A stretch of DNA of 35,068 nucleotides from a virus. Lineage: Duplodnaviria > Caudoviricetes. Made by a program: the position numbers and the translations under genes. The DNA is taken from IMG/VR virus record IMGVR_UViG_3300017744_000057, positions 1 to 35,068 of that record. One strand, given 5' to 3'. Below are positions 1-8,450 of the stretch, piece by piece; position 1 is the first letter of the stretch; every line of letters begins with the position of its first letter. The notes beneath the pieces are model-generated. The model did not search any database. It worked only from the letters and a program-made list of their open reading frames with translations, and was not told where the DNA came from.

Positions 1-850
1 AGTATTCTTTATCAACTTTGTGTCGTAGAATTACTGCTGAATTGTTTGCTCGACCTCGTTGCGGGTTGGCTTCCCACCAACTACCGGTCTTTGAGGAAAT
101 CATCTCGTCATCGTCTGCTGAAAACAAAGAGATAAGTGCGGCTCTACGAATACCGCCAGCTAAAACTGCATCAGCGATGTAACAAATCATATCATGAACC
201 TCGATTGGCTCTAATTTATCGCCGTCTTCTTTTTCACTCAACACACCTTCAACTTTTACTAAACATTCGCGAAGTGGTTGTGGTCCCGGTGCCTTACCGC
301 CAGTAGTTACAAGCCTTGCACCCTTTGCTCGGATATCACTAAAATCAAATCGTAATCTAGATGTGCCTTTAAAGTAGGAGTGAATAAGGGCTTTGACTGC
401 ATCTGCCCAACCTTCGATCGAATCAGAAATTAAGAAGCGACGAGTTCTTTTAGTGTTTGGCTTGCGAATTTCTGGTAGTTTCTCAACATGGTGTGCCTGT
501 ACTGAAAAACCAACACCGGTTCCACCCAATAATAAAAACATACATTCAGAAAAAGCATCAGCATGATCTATTGGCATGTAAGCACAATTATATACACGAT
601 TTGGGGCAACCTCAATTGGCTTGCCAGCGAACTGCATTGACCGCATAGAAGGTAAAATTTTCTTTGATATGACATAGTTGTCATAGACTTCTTTAATCTC
701 ACTCTCTAATTCTGGGTACTTCTTAATATGCATATTCATATTGCGAGTACAAAGTTCTACCCAATTTTCCCTACGTTCCTTTTCAGGATCATACTTTGCG
801 TACTTCATGTGTACGGTGATGTCTGACAGAATTTCTGACGCTCTTTGCAT
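1..850 (-). CDS. nrdJ: Class II (adenosylcobalamin-dependent) ribonucleotide reductase, partial (3' end runs off window)
   Basis: Not in the ORF track. Manual translation from ATG at 850, which overlaps the helicase TAA as TAATG: MQRASEILSDITVHMKYAKY...RRENW...ILPSMRSMQFAG...YNCAY...LLLGGTGVGFSV...DSIEGWADA...GGKAPGPQPL...VLAGGIRRAALISL...PQRGRANNS. The frame is open to position 1. These motifs are typical of monomeric NrdJ/RTPR. Confidence 0.9.
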   Translation of the reverse strand, partial: MQRASEILSDITVHMKYAKYDPEKERRENWVELCTRNMNMHIKKYPELESEIKEVYDNYVISKKILPSMRSMQFAGKPIEVAPNRVYNCAYMPIDHADAFSECMFLLLGGTGVGFSVQAHHVEKLPEIRKPNTKRTRRFLISDSIEGWADAVKALIHSYFKGTSRLRFDFSDIRAKGARLVTTGGKAPGPQPLRECLVKVEGVLSEKEDGDKLEPIEVHDMICYIADAVLAGGIRRAALISLFSADDDEMISSKTGSWWEANPQRGRANNSAVILRHKVDKEY

Positions 851-2214
851 TATTTGTTCTCCTTTTTAAATTTCTTGTAAATATCGGCTAATTTTTGCTT
901 TTGGTTCTTAGCAGCTTCTTTATTAATATCTGTAATGGAATTACCATCCGGCTCTAAGACTTCCAATAAAACATTGGATGTGTCCATCTTCATTGGATAA
1001 ACAAGTCCGTCTGGTCCATTTCTATTTTTTGCTACGAACATTCTAGCCGCGTTAACATTCTTGTCCTCGATCGTCCGAGATAGAGTAAATATGAAGTCTG
1101 CGACAAAACATTTGTTGAATGCTTCAGAAATACTTTCCATTGTAATAACTTCCGCATTTAATCCCCCACGGTTTGTTTGTGAGGCAGTCCAAATAGGGCA
1201 TTTAAACTCTTGAGAAAGCCCTCTTAAGTTCTCATAAATCGTCTCTAACTCAATTCTTTTTTCATTATAATTGTTTCCAGTTGGTTTCAAAAGGTCAGCA
1301 TAGTCTACAATGATTGTTCCAATCTCAATTCCACGGTTCTGTAACTTACTAAGATGATTTCTCAATGTTAAGACAGAGGCTGACTTAGTTGGATACTCTT
1401 TTACAATCACATTGCCCTTAACATCTTTAACTTCATCGTAGATATCGTCCTTGCGATGATAAAGATCTTTTAGGTGGATCCCTGTTAAACAAGAATCATA
1501 ACGACCTGCGACAACAGTATCACCCAACTCTAGTGTGAAGTGAACCACTGTCTTGCCTTCAACTAAAGCTCGTGTGCCCAAGTGGACAAGAGCCATTGAC
1601 TTACCCGCTCCAGTTGGAGCAATAACAACACCCAACTCACCTGCTCCTAAGCCACCTTTGCTAATCTTATCGATTAGATCCCAACCGGTTGAAACTGGGT
1701 CTCTGTGTGTTAGTACAAACCTTTTCTCAAAATCAAGTTTGTAATCGTACCCATAAGAATTGTCTGAACCTAACTTTAAAGCCTCATTAATAAGAACTGA
1801 TATCTCATCAAAGCTAGCTTTTTGAAGTAAGTTCGCTGACTTCATTAGAGCTTCTTTTAGCTTTTGCTTGCGACAAAAGTCTAATGATGTGTGCTTAACA
1901 TATTCTTCGTCATTTACAGCGGGGTTTGCTTGAATCCTAGCAAAGAAATCACGGACTTGCTTAACTAAGATTGGATTAGATTCATCCAGTTCTGTTCGCA
2001 AGATTGTTGAAAAAGCCTGTGAAGACGGGTGTGTCTTGTATTGTGCTTTGTAACCAAACAACTTATCAACAAACTGCTGAAGATACTTTTGTTCTAAGAA
2101 CTCTGCCTTAAAGACCTCTCCAACCTGATCACAGAAAGCTCTATCTTCGAACATAATCTGTACCAAGTTCTCTTGGAAATGTTTTCCAAACTTTGAAAAA
2201 TCTTTATTTAGCAT
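850..2214 (-). CDS. gp41: Replicative DnaB-family helicase (T4 gp41-like)
   Basis: Walker A APTGAGKS, HFTLEL, Walker B IIVDYAD, WTASQTNR, KNRNG. ATG at 2214 preceded by AAGGA is preferred over the TTG at 2220. Confidence 0.92.
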   Translation of the reverse strand: MLNKDFSKFGKHFQENLVQIMFEDRAFCDQVGEVFKAEFLEQKYLQQFVDKLFGYKAQYKTHPSSQAFSTILRTELDESNPILVKQVRDFFARIQANPAVNDEEYVKHTSLDFCRKQKLKEALMKSANLLQKASFDEISVLINEALKLGSDNSYGYDYKLDFEKRFVLTHRDPVSTGWDLIDKISKGGLGAGELGVVIAPTGAGKSMALVHLGTRALVEGKTVVHFTLELGDTVVAGRYDSCLTGIHLKDLYHRKDDIYDEVKDVKGNVIVKEYPTKSASVLTLRNHLSKLQNRGIEIGTIIVDYADLLKPTGNNYNEKRIELETIYENLRGLSQEFKCPIWTASQTNRGGLNAEVITMESISEAFNKCFVADFIFTLSRTIEDKNVNAARMFVAKNRNGPDGLVYPMKMDTSNVLLEVLEPDGNSITDINKEAAKNQKQKLADIYKKFKKENK

Positions 2215-3151
2215 TAGCAATCCTTATACGGTTCATGGATGAATACAAATCATCCCAGTTTAATTCAGCAAATCCGTCTTGCATCATCATTTTAATAAAC
2301 TCAGTGCGAGCGAACTCTAGTGGGTAGTTCTCTACCGACTCTTTAATCACCCTTGTATTCTGAGGGGATAGAAAGACAGTTCCCAGATTCATAACTTTAT
2401 AGTTTTCTTCAATCAAACTTTTGTGCTCTGTTATCTTTTCCCAAAATCGGTCTTCTACTATAGCAGATTCGAACACATCTTTCAAGAGGCAATCTTCTTT
2501 ATCCTTCAAAAAAGGCATTCTTTTCGCTACTGTCTTGAGTCCAATGCCTCTTACACCGGGCAGGTTATCACTCTTATCTCCCACGATAGCCCTCGCAAGT
2601 GCGAAGTTTGATGGGTGAATATTGTACTCTTCTAAAATATTATTCTTATTTAAGATCTGCTTCTGTGTTGGACGAAGCAGAAGTGTTGACTCATCCAATA
2701 GTTGGAAGTAGTCTTTATCGCTTGATACGATCACCTTCTCTTTATCTTTGAACCTCTTGACTAAAGCCCCGATAATATCATCGGCTTCAGAGTAGTCAAT
2801 GTTGATTTGGCAAAGTGGCAACTGATTGAAGTATTCAGCGAGCCTAATCATCTGCCAGATCTTATTCTGTGCTTCTTGCTTCTCTGTCATGTTCTTAACA
2901 CTTCGGTTCAGCCGGATAGGCTTTCGCCCTTCCTTATACCCTTTATTAATCTTCCTCCGCTTGGATGAGCCTTCACGACCATCCCAACAAATATAAACCT
3001 GTGTTGGTCTAATCTCTCTACATAACTTTTGTAAAATTTTTAAAGAGCCTTTGATTCCTCCGATTGGTTGTCCGTTAGAAGACAACGAAGGATCAACGAT
3101 GTAGGCTCTGTAGTACATGTTTAACATGTCTACGATCATAATTCTTTCCAT
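2204..3151 (-). CDS. rnh: 5'-3' exonuclease / flap endonuclease (T4 RNase H-like, Pol I 5' nuclease domain)
   Basis: IVDMLN, WDG, RRKINKGYKEGR, EADDII, SSDKDYFQL and the helix-hairpin-helix motif GDKSDNLPGVRGIGLKT. Confidence 0.92.
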   Translation of the reverse strand: MERIMIVDMLNMYYRAYIVDPSLSSNGQPIGGIKGSLKILQKLCREIRPTQVYICWDGREGSSKRRKINKGYKEGRKPIRLNRSVKNMTEKQEAQNKIWQMIRLAEYFNQLPLCQINIDYSEADDIIGALVKRFKDKEKVIVSSDKDYFQLLDESTLLLRPTQKQILNKNNILEEYNIHPSNFALARAIVGDKSDNLPGVRGIGLKTVAKRMPFLKDKEDCLLKDVFESAIVEDRFWEKITEHKSLIEENYKVMNLGTVFLSPQNTRVIKESVENYPLEFARTEFIKMMMQDGFAELNWDDLYSSMNRIRIANAK

Positions 3152-3190
3152 AAAAAAACCCCTGCTAGAAATGATATTCTAGCAGGGGTT
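3152..3190 (-). terminator. Hairpin with U-tract downstream of uvsX, directly abutting the rnh start codon
   Basis: 14-bp perfect stem AACCCCTGCTAGAA/TTCTAGCAGGGGTT (3157-3170, 3177-3190) with a 6-nt loop. On the minus strand it is followed by TTTTT then ATG. Confidence 0.75.
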
Positions 3191-3204
3191 GGAGGAGAAG
3201 TCAA
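3176..3204 (-). promoter_or_regulatory. sigma70-type promoter for rnh-helicase-nrdJ
   Basis: Minus strand cTTGACT (3204-3199), 17-nt spacer, TGc-TAGAAT (3181-3176). Confidence 0.7.
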
Positions 3205-3243
3205 GCACTTTGTCTATGCCTGACCTCAGCAGGGTTTCTTTTA

Positions 3244-4356
3244 TTATTTTTTCTCTGTATCTTCATAGAAGTCGCTTGAGTCTCCAATTCTTTTATCAAA
3301 CTTCATTACTACTTCGTCTTCCAACAATTCAATAACTCTGTTGTAGAACTTCTCTTCTTGTAATTTATTTATCCACTGCTTTGACTGGAACTTATCTTTT
3401 GATCCATCTTCATGATGTAGAGTGAACCATGCTCCAGCATTTGTTAGTTTATCAGACGACTTAACGGCTTCAAACCAACTTTCCTTATCCATAATTTTTA
3501 CTTCATCTCCAGCCCACAAGATCTTAAAATTACATTGACGACCTTGAGTTCCGAAACGAGACTTCTGAATCTTCGCTTTAACCTCGGTACCAATCCTAAA
3601 ACCTTTATCATCAAAGATAAAAGACGACTTACCTTTGCGAGCAGTTAGCCAGACTCTTAAAGAATAAGAATAAGCTAAAGCTTTGCCTCCCGGTGCGAAG
3701 TAAGGAGTCGTAAGAGCTTCTGCTGTGTTTCTAGTGATGTTAGTTTTTAACTGATTTAGAATTAGCAGAGTTGACTTCGTGTTAGCGATTGGCTGAATTA
3801 GCTTTGCCATACCCTTTGATAGAATACGAGGCTTTACCGCCATTGTTGATAACGGATTAAAGTCTGATTCAATATCTGATACCGATGGAGTTAAAGCCAT
3901 ACTATCCCAGATAAAAAGCATTTGACTATCATTGTTAGCCAACAGACTCTCAATAGTTTCTAACACAAACTCTACCGAACTTGCTTGTACATAAAGCAAC
4001 TTCTCAATATCACAACCAGCATTTGCCAAAAACTCTGGGTCAATAGAGTTCTCTGAATCAAAATAGATTACATCTATTCCTATTCTTTGAGCATTGCCAG
4101 CGATTTGTGCTGCCATGTAAGACTTACCAGTTGCTTCCAAACCGGCAATCTCACTTATCTTTCCTACAGGAATGCCACCCCATGTGCCTCTTTTGATAAT
4201 ACCATCAAGCCATTTACATCCAGTTGGAATAAATTGGTTAACCTCTGTTGGGTTATCTTCTGCTAATGAGAATGCTACATTAGTTCCTGCTTTTTTATTA
4301 ATTAACTTTTTCATGTCGGCTATGTTTAACCGACCAATTGCTGTCGCTTTCGCCAT
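3244..4356 (-). CDS. uvsX: RecA-family recombinase (UvsX-like)
   Basis: IPTG..WLD, GGIPVGKISEIAGLEATGKS (Walker A), YFDSE, WDS, LNQLK, PGGKAL. SD GGAGG upstream. Confidence 0.93.
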   Translation of the reverse strand: MAKATAIGRLNIADMKKLINKKAGTNVAFSLAEDNPTEVNQFIPTGCKWLDGIIKRGTWGGIPVGKISEIAGLEATGKSYMAAQIAGNAQRIGIDVIYFDSENSIDPEFLANAGCDIEKLLYVQASSVEFVLETIESLLANNDSQMLFIWDSMALTPSVSDIESDFNPLSTMAVKPRILSKGMAKLIQPIANTKSTLLILNQLKTNITRNTAEALTTPYFAPGGKALAYSYSLRVWLTARKGKSSFIFDDKGFRIGTEVKAKIQKSRFGTQGRQCNFKILWAGDEVKIMDKESWFEAVKSSDKLTNAGAWFTLHHEDGSKDKFQSKQWINKLQEEKFYNRVIELLEDEVVMKFDKRIGDSSDFYEDTEKK

Positions 4357-4371
4357 TTTCCCTCCGTAGTG

Positions 4372-4398
4372 AAAGGGGGGGAGCGATTGCTCCCCCCC
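4372..4398 (-). terminator. GC-rich hairpin between SSB and uvsX (weak terminator or stabilising stem)
   Basis: Perfect 10-bp stem GGGGGGGAGC/GCTCCCCCCC with a 4-nt loop, followed by only TTT on the minus strand. Confidence 0.55.
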
Positions 4399-4403
4399 AC
4401 TGA

Positions 4404-5150
4404 TTAGCTAGCTAGCAAGTCCTTGAAAGCATCATCAACGGATGAGCCTCCCGACTTATCTGTAACAACAACTCCATCAGAGTCGTTACCACCATCTTCA
4501 CCAAGTAGGAACTTGTCTAAAATAGCACCAACCTCTTCCTTAGTCTTAACTTCGAAAATCTTATCAAAGTCGATTTCAGTTTCCATAAGCTCCTTCATAA
4601 GAGCATCATCAGACGAAATCTTAGATGTCTTACGACGGGCAGTAATATTAGTAGATGGAAACATCGCACCGGGTGCTTTGCCGTAAACCAAAGCTAGGTC
4701 GGTGCCTGCGTCGGCATCTGTAATATCGCCATAGTCAGGATTTAGAACTAGTTGTAGCAAGTTTTCATAGACTGTCTTGCTGTAGCCCCAAACCTTAGTA
4801 CCTTCATTATCTTCTCCGCGAACAACAACCGGTGAGAAGAAGCGACTCTTTGCTACAAGCTTACGAGCCAACTGCCGGGACTCATCGTCACCATCGTTGT
4901 AAAGCTTAGACACAAAATCACACACAGGGCAATCGTCACCAAAGTTCTTCTTTGGGCACAAAAAGCCTGCCTTCTCTCCCACATTGTAGTGAAAGTGAAA
5001 GTGTTTAAAGGGATCACCATCTGGTGAAGGTAGAATGCGAATAACATTCTCTCCGTCAACTGGCTTCCAAAATTTAACGCCGCTACCGTTACCGCCCTTG
5101 TTGTGTAGATCGGACAACTTTTGCCGCATTTTTTTAAGATCAATACCCAT
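4404..5150 (-). CDS. gp32: Single-stranded DNA-binding protein (T4 gp32-like)
   Basis: FWKP...IRILP, zinc ligands H...CP.....CPVC, acidic tail ending VDDAFKDLLAS. Adjacent to uvsX, SD GGAGG. Confidence 0.88.
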   Translation of the reverse strand: MGIDLKKMRQKLSDLHNKGGNGSGVKFWKPVDGENVIRILPSPDGDPFKHFHFHYNVGEKAGFLCPKKNFGDDCPVCDFVSKLYNDGDDESRQLARKLVAKSRFFSPVVVRGEDNEGTKVWGYSKTVYENLLQLVLNPDYGDITDADAGTDLALVYGKAPGAMFPSTNITARRKTSKISSDDALMKELMETEIDFDKIFEVKTKEEVGAILDKFLLGEDGGNDSDGVVVTDKSGGSSVDDAFKDLLAS

Positions 5151-5990
5151 TTATTCCTCCGTTTTTTCTTGGGTTATCTGGACAACATTTGTAAATGCTT
5201 CCATATAAACATGATTATCTGACCAGTCTGACTCTATAATCTTAAAAGAAGATTGTTCATTTTCTTCTTTTATTTGGTCATTTATTTTTTCTATAACACC
5301 GGGGGTCTCCAGTGCTGTCTTACTCATAACGAAATAGTAACACTTTTCTCGGATGCTGTCAAGAGGAAAATACAATACCTCTTTTCCATCTTCTGGATTA
5401 ACCGTACCAATCGTAGCAATTCTATTGACTTCCATTGGCTCCTCAACATTTGAAAATAAGTCTTCAGTGTTTTTTGTAAAGTTAATCGTGTGAAACATTC
5501 CCGCTATTGTTTTCGAAACATAGTCTTTCTTCTTGAGAAAAGCAACCTCTTGCCCCTCTAAGATTTTAGAAGCATCATAAAGATAGATTCTATTGAACAC
5601 TCCAGACCTAGCCATCTCTTGTAGTATACCACATGTCGCTCGCTCTCTTAACTTTTGTTTGTTAGACAAAAAGTTTTTTTCTGGTTTTATGTAGTGAATC
5701 GTAATTTTTTTATCTTTAATTTTTTCTAAAATTCTAAGTACTGAGCCAGTGGTTTTTCCTCCGCCGAACAAAAACACATGTACACTATTATACTTTACTT
5801 CGCGGCTGATGTCAAGCTTTGTTTCTGTCTCATACTGTTTGAAAGTTTCTTGCCTTTCAAGCTCAATGTTTGTTACACTGTCCAATCCAACCTTAAAAGA
5901 TGTGTCAACATTAATGATATCATAAACACCATATTGTGCCAGATCATTAACAACCTGACAACCTCCTGTACCAATCCCAATTACCTGCAT
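5151..5990 (-). CDS. Divergent tubulin/FtsZ-superfamily protein (PhuZ/TubZ-like)
   Basis: N-terminal VIGIGTGGCQVV (cf. FtsZ VIGVGGGGGNAV), INVDT (cf. NTD), FLFGGGKTTGS (cf. GGGTGTG signature) and ITIHYIKPE (cf. TVAVVTKPF), in the expected order. Confidence 0.72.
   Translation of the reverse strand: MQVIGIGTGGCQVVNDLAQYGVYDIINVDTSFKVGLDSVTNIELERQETFKQYETETKLDISREVKYNSVHVFLFGGGKTTGSVLRILEKIKDKKITIHYIKPEKNFLSNKQKLRERATCGILQEMARSGVFNRIYLYDASKILEGQEVAFLKKKDYVSKTIAGMFHTINFTKNTEDLFSNVEEPMEVNRIATIGTVNPEDGKEVLYFPLDSIREKCYYFVMSKTALETPGVIEKINDQIKEENEQSSFKIIESDWSDNHVYMEAFTNVVQITQEKTEE
5334..5362 (-). promoter_or_regulatory. sigma70-type extended -10 promoter inside the tubulin-like gene, pointing at gp32
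   Basis: Minus strand cTTGACA (5362-5357), 17 nt, TGt-TACTAT (5339-5334). Confidence 0.72.
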
Positions 5991-7171
5991 AATTCTTTCA
6001 TCTCTCCGTAGTTTAGTCCAACTGAAATGTTAACTTTAAAATCTCCAAAGCTAGTTTTGCCGTATGTAGAAACCAATTCTTTTAAGATATCCTTATCCCC
6101 CTCATCGTAGTCGATCAAAACTGAATCATGGATCACTGCTGTAATATAGCTTTTCTTACCCTCTAAAAGCTTATCCAGCTTGAGTGTCTGTTTCAAACAA
6201 ACATCAGATGCCGTGCTTTGAATCAAGTAGTTTAGAGCATGGAAGTCATCACTAGCAATCTTACGATCAAAAGGTGTTGTGATGATGCCGTCTCTGTAAT
6301 ATGTTGATAAGATTTTCTCCTTATCATAAAACTTACTCATTGCCGCATCTTGTGAGTTTGGATTGTAAAGCCAAGCAAATGCCCTCTTCTTCGCATCAGA
6401 TCGCTCTGTATCGCTTCCAAATATATTCTTGATGTTCCAGTCGTGGATATCCTCTTTCGGCTGTTCTACACCATTTAAAGCTTGTAAAACACGAAGTTCA
6501 TTCGCATTGAAGTCTAGCTCTAAGAACCAGTGGTTGTGTGGCTTCAAAATCTGCCGGAATCTTTTATCAAAAGCTAAGACTGGAAAGCTAGTTTTCTGTG
6601 TTGAAAGGCGACCAGTCTTGCTTTTAAATATATTATAACTGATTTTATCAGTGCTGTTCAGGAACTTTTGAGCCGCAACAAAGTCTGTTTTCTTCATGAA
6701 CCGCTGATTTAACTTGCTCTTATCAACGATAAGTTTTTGACCAGCGATCTTAGCTAATAGCAAATTAACATCCTTAAGAAAATCATAGTTGGCTGGCTTG
6801 CTAAAGTTCTTAAAGACAAAATCTGTGATTTGTGTTTTGTTTTCATAGAAGTCTGTTAGGAACTTATCTGGTACCAAATCATAAAAACAATGGTCATCTA
6901 AACTAACTTTTGCTTTTCTTAGTGAATTAATAAATGCCTTCATCCGTTTTGTAGAAGACTGCCATTCAGTGTGTAGGTGGTCCGGTAGTGATACATCATC
7001 TATACTGTCCACACCCGCGTATAGTTTCGCGTACTCAACATTACTAGAAATAAAATTAGGACTAGCATCCCAAGTCTGGGTGAAGTCTCGTCCAACATCT
7101 TCTTTGTAAATTTTGCCGTCACTGTAGTAGCCAGCGCACTCAATCTTGTTATCAAGGATTTGAAAGATCAT
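5981..7171 (-). CDS. polA: Compact family A DNA polymerase-like protein
   Basis: KTGRLS, motif A LDFNANELR, DIH, motif B RSDAKKRAFAWLY, NYLIQSTASD, motif C VIHDSV. Only 396 aa. Confidence 0.85.
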   Translation of the reverse strand: MIFQILDNKIECAGYYSDGKIYKEDVGRDFTQTWDASPNFISSNVEYAKLYAGVDSIDDVSLPDHLHTEWQSSTKRMKAFINSLRKAKVSLDDHCFYDLVPDKFLTDFYENKTQITDFVFKNFSKPANYDFLKDVNLLLAKIAGQKLIVDKSKLNQRFMKKTDFVAAQKFLNSTDKISYNIFKSKTGRLSTQKTSFPVLAFDKRFRQILKPHNHWFLELDFNANELRVLQALNGVEQPKEDIHDWNIKNIFGSDTERSDAKKRAFAWLYNPNSQDAAMSKFYDKEKILSTYYRDGIITTPFDRKIASDDFHALNYLIQSTASDVCLKQTLKLDKLLEGKKSYITAVIHDSVLIDYDEGDKDILKELVSTYGKTSFGDFKVNISVGLNYGEMKELCR

Positions 7172-8450
7172 CTGTTAAATACCTGCTATTTTCGCCAGTT
7201 CTTTTGTTGAACTGATCCTGTGCGGATATAGTAACACCATCGTTAGATCTTGTCAAGTTGTTTTGTGCAAGTGGTATTTCACGAAAAGCAGCGGTACCTA
7301 GATTATATTTAATGTATTCAAGAGCTTTTCTTGTAGCCAATTGATCATTTTTTAGCGATTTAACAATTGCAGTAACATTTTTTAAATGGAATGATTGTCT
7401 TTTATTGCTTGCTTTTAAATTCAATTCTGCCAATCTAAACTTGTAAAAAAGAATTAATTTTTGTAATAAAGGTAAATTTAGCTTTTCTGAAGTTGGACTT
7501 TCTCTATTGACTAGTTTATATCTTATAGAGTTGCAAAGTTCATCAGAGTTAAAAATACTTTGTTTATACTGTCTATTTGTTTGATAAAAAGTAGCATAAA
7601 AGCTTTTTAAATAAGTCATAAATTCTTCAAAATATTCATCACCATCATATGAAATATAATATTCTCTAAAAATATCTTTAATAGTGTCTTCTGTTTTGTT
7701 TTGTATTTTTTCTTCAATGAAAGGAAATAAATTATTACTTCGAATATTTGCAACTATCCTCCATGGAATGTTTCTATCAATTTTAAATCCATATTTTCTA
7801 CATAATTCTTGATATATTGGAAAGTTGGGATCGTTAATAAATGAAGCAGCTAGTTTATCATCTCCATACTCGCCAGAGTATATTTCGATAGCCAACCCTG
7901 TGTTTAAAACAGTTGACTGTCCAGATTCACCATATGCTAATCTAGTAAAAGCTTTTCCATTTTGTCTTATATATTCAAATAATATATTTGTAAAATCTTC
8001 AAAATTTTTAATTTTATCACTCTGCTCTAATCCAACTAAAACATTAGAATAAAAATCTTCATATACAGACTGAATATAGCTGTTGTATCCAACAATCGGG
8101 CTTTCCCATGCTCTGGTTGGTTCAAGGGTGTTTGAAAAAAATCTTGTTGGACCGGCTTCTGTATTTAATCTAAAAATTGTTTTATAATGCTCTCTCATTT
8201 TTCTAAAAGCATTTGCAACAAAATTCAAAACTGCTAGTTGTTTTTTATCACCCTTCTGTGAAATGTAAAGTAGTTTTGATTCATTTGGGAAAACTGGTGT
8301 GCCTTCCTCATTTACTCTACCGTATAAAGGTAAATTATTCCATAAATCAAATTGATCGATGGCGGCTGGATAAAACTCTTCGTAAGTCTCTCTACTTTTG
8401 TATAACTCTTTTGTGTTAGAGTTTTTATTTGCAAAAGGAGTATTAGCCAT
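7152..8450 (-). CDS. Hypothetical protein (432 aa)
   Basis: Long ORF abutting the upstream 920-aa gene and overlapping polA by 20 nt. No motif recognised. Confidence 0.8.
   Translation of the reverse strand: MANTPFANKNSNTKELYKSRETYEEFYPAAIDQFDLWNNLPLYGRVNEEGTPVFPNESKLLYISQKGDKKQLAVLNFVANAFRKMREHYKTIFRLNTEAGPTRFFSNTLEPTRAWESPIVGYNSYIQSVYEDFYSNVLVGLEQSDKIKNFEDFTNILFEYIRQNGKAFTRLAYGESGQSTVLNTGLAIEIYSGEYGDDKLAASFINDPNFPIYQELCRKYGFKIDRNIPWRIVANIRSNNLFPFIEEKIQNKTEDTIKDIFREYYISYDGDEYFEEFMTYLKSFYATFYQTNRQYKQSIFNSDELCNSIRYKLVNRESPTSEKLNLPLLQKLILFYKFRLAELNLKASNKRQSFHLKNVTAIVKSLKNDQLATRKALEYIKYNLGTAAFREIPLAQNNLTRSNDGVTISAQDQFNKRTGENSRYLTDDLSNP
7228..7256 (-). promoter_or_regulatory. sigma70-type extended -10 promoter upstream of polA (start of the early operon)
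   Basis: Minus strand cTTGACA (7256-7251), 17 nt, TGt-TACTAT (7233-7228). It lies 56 nt before the polA ATG, inside the 3' end of the 432-aa ORF. Confidence 0.75.

Noticed and set aside
5981-7171. Mini-PolA as a T7-like RNA polymerase or a pseudogene
   Set aside because: Motif A keeps the DNA-polymerase steric-gate Glu, and the ORF is uninterrupted with catalytic residues intact and its own promoter.
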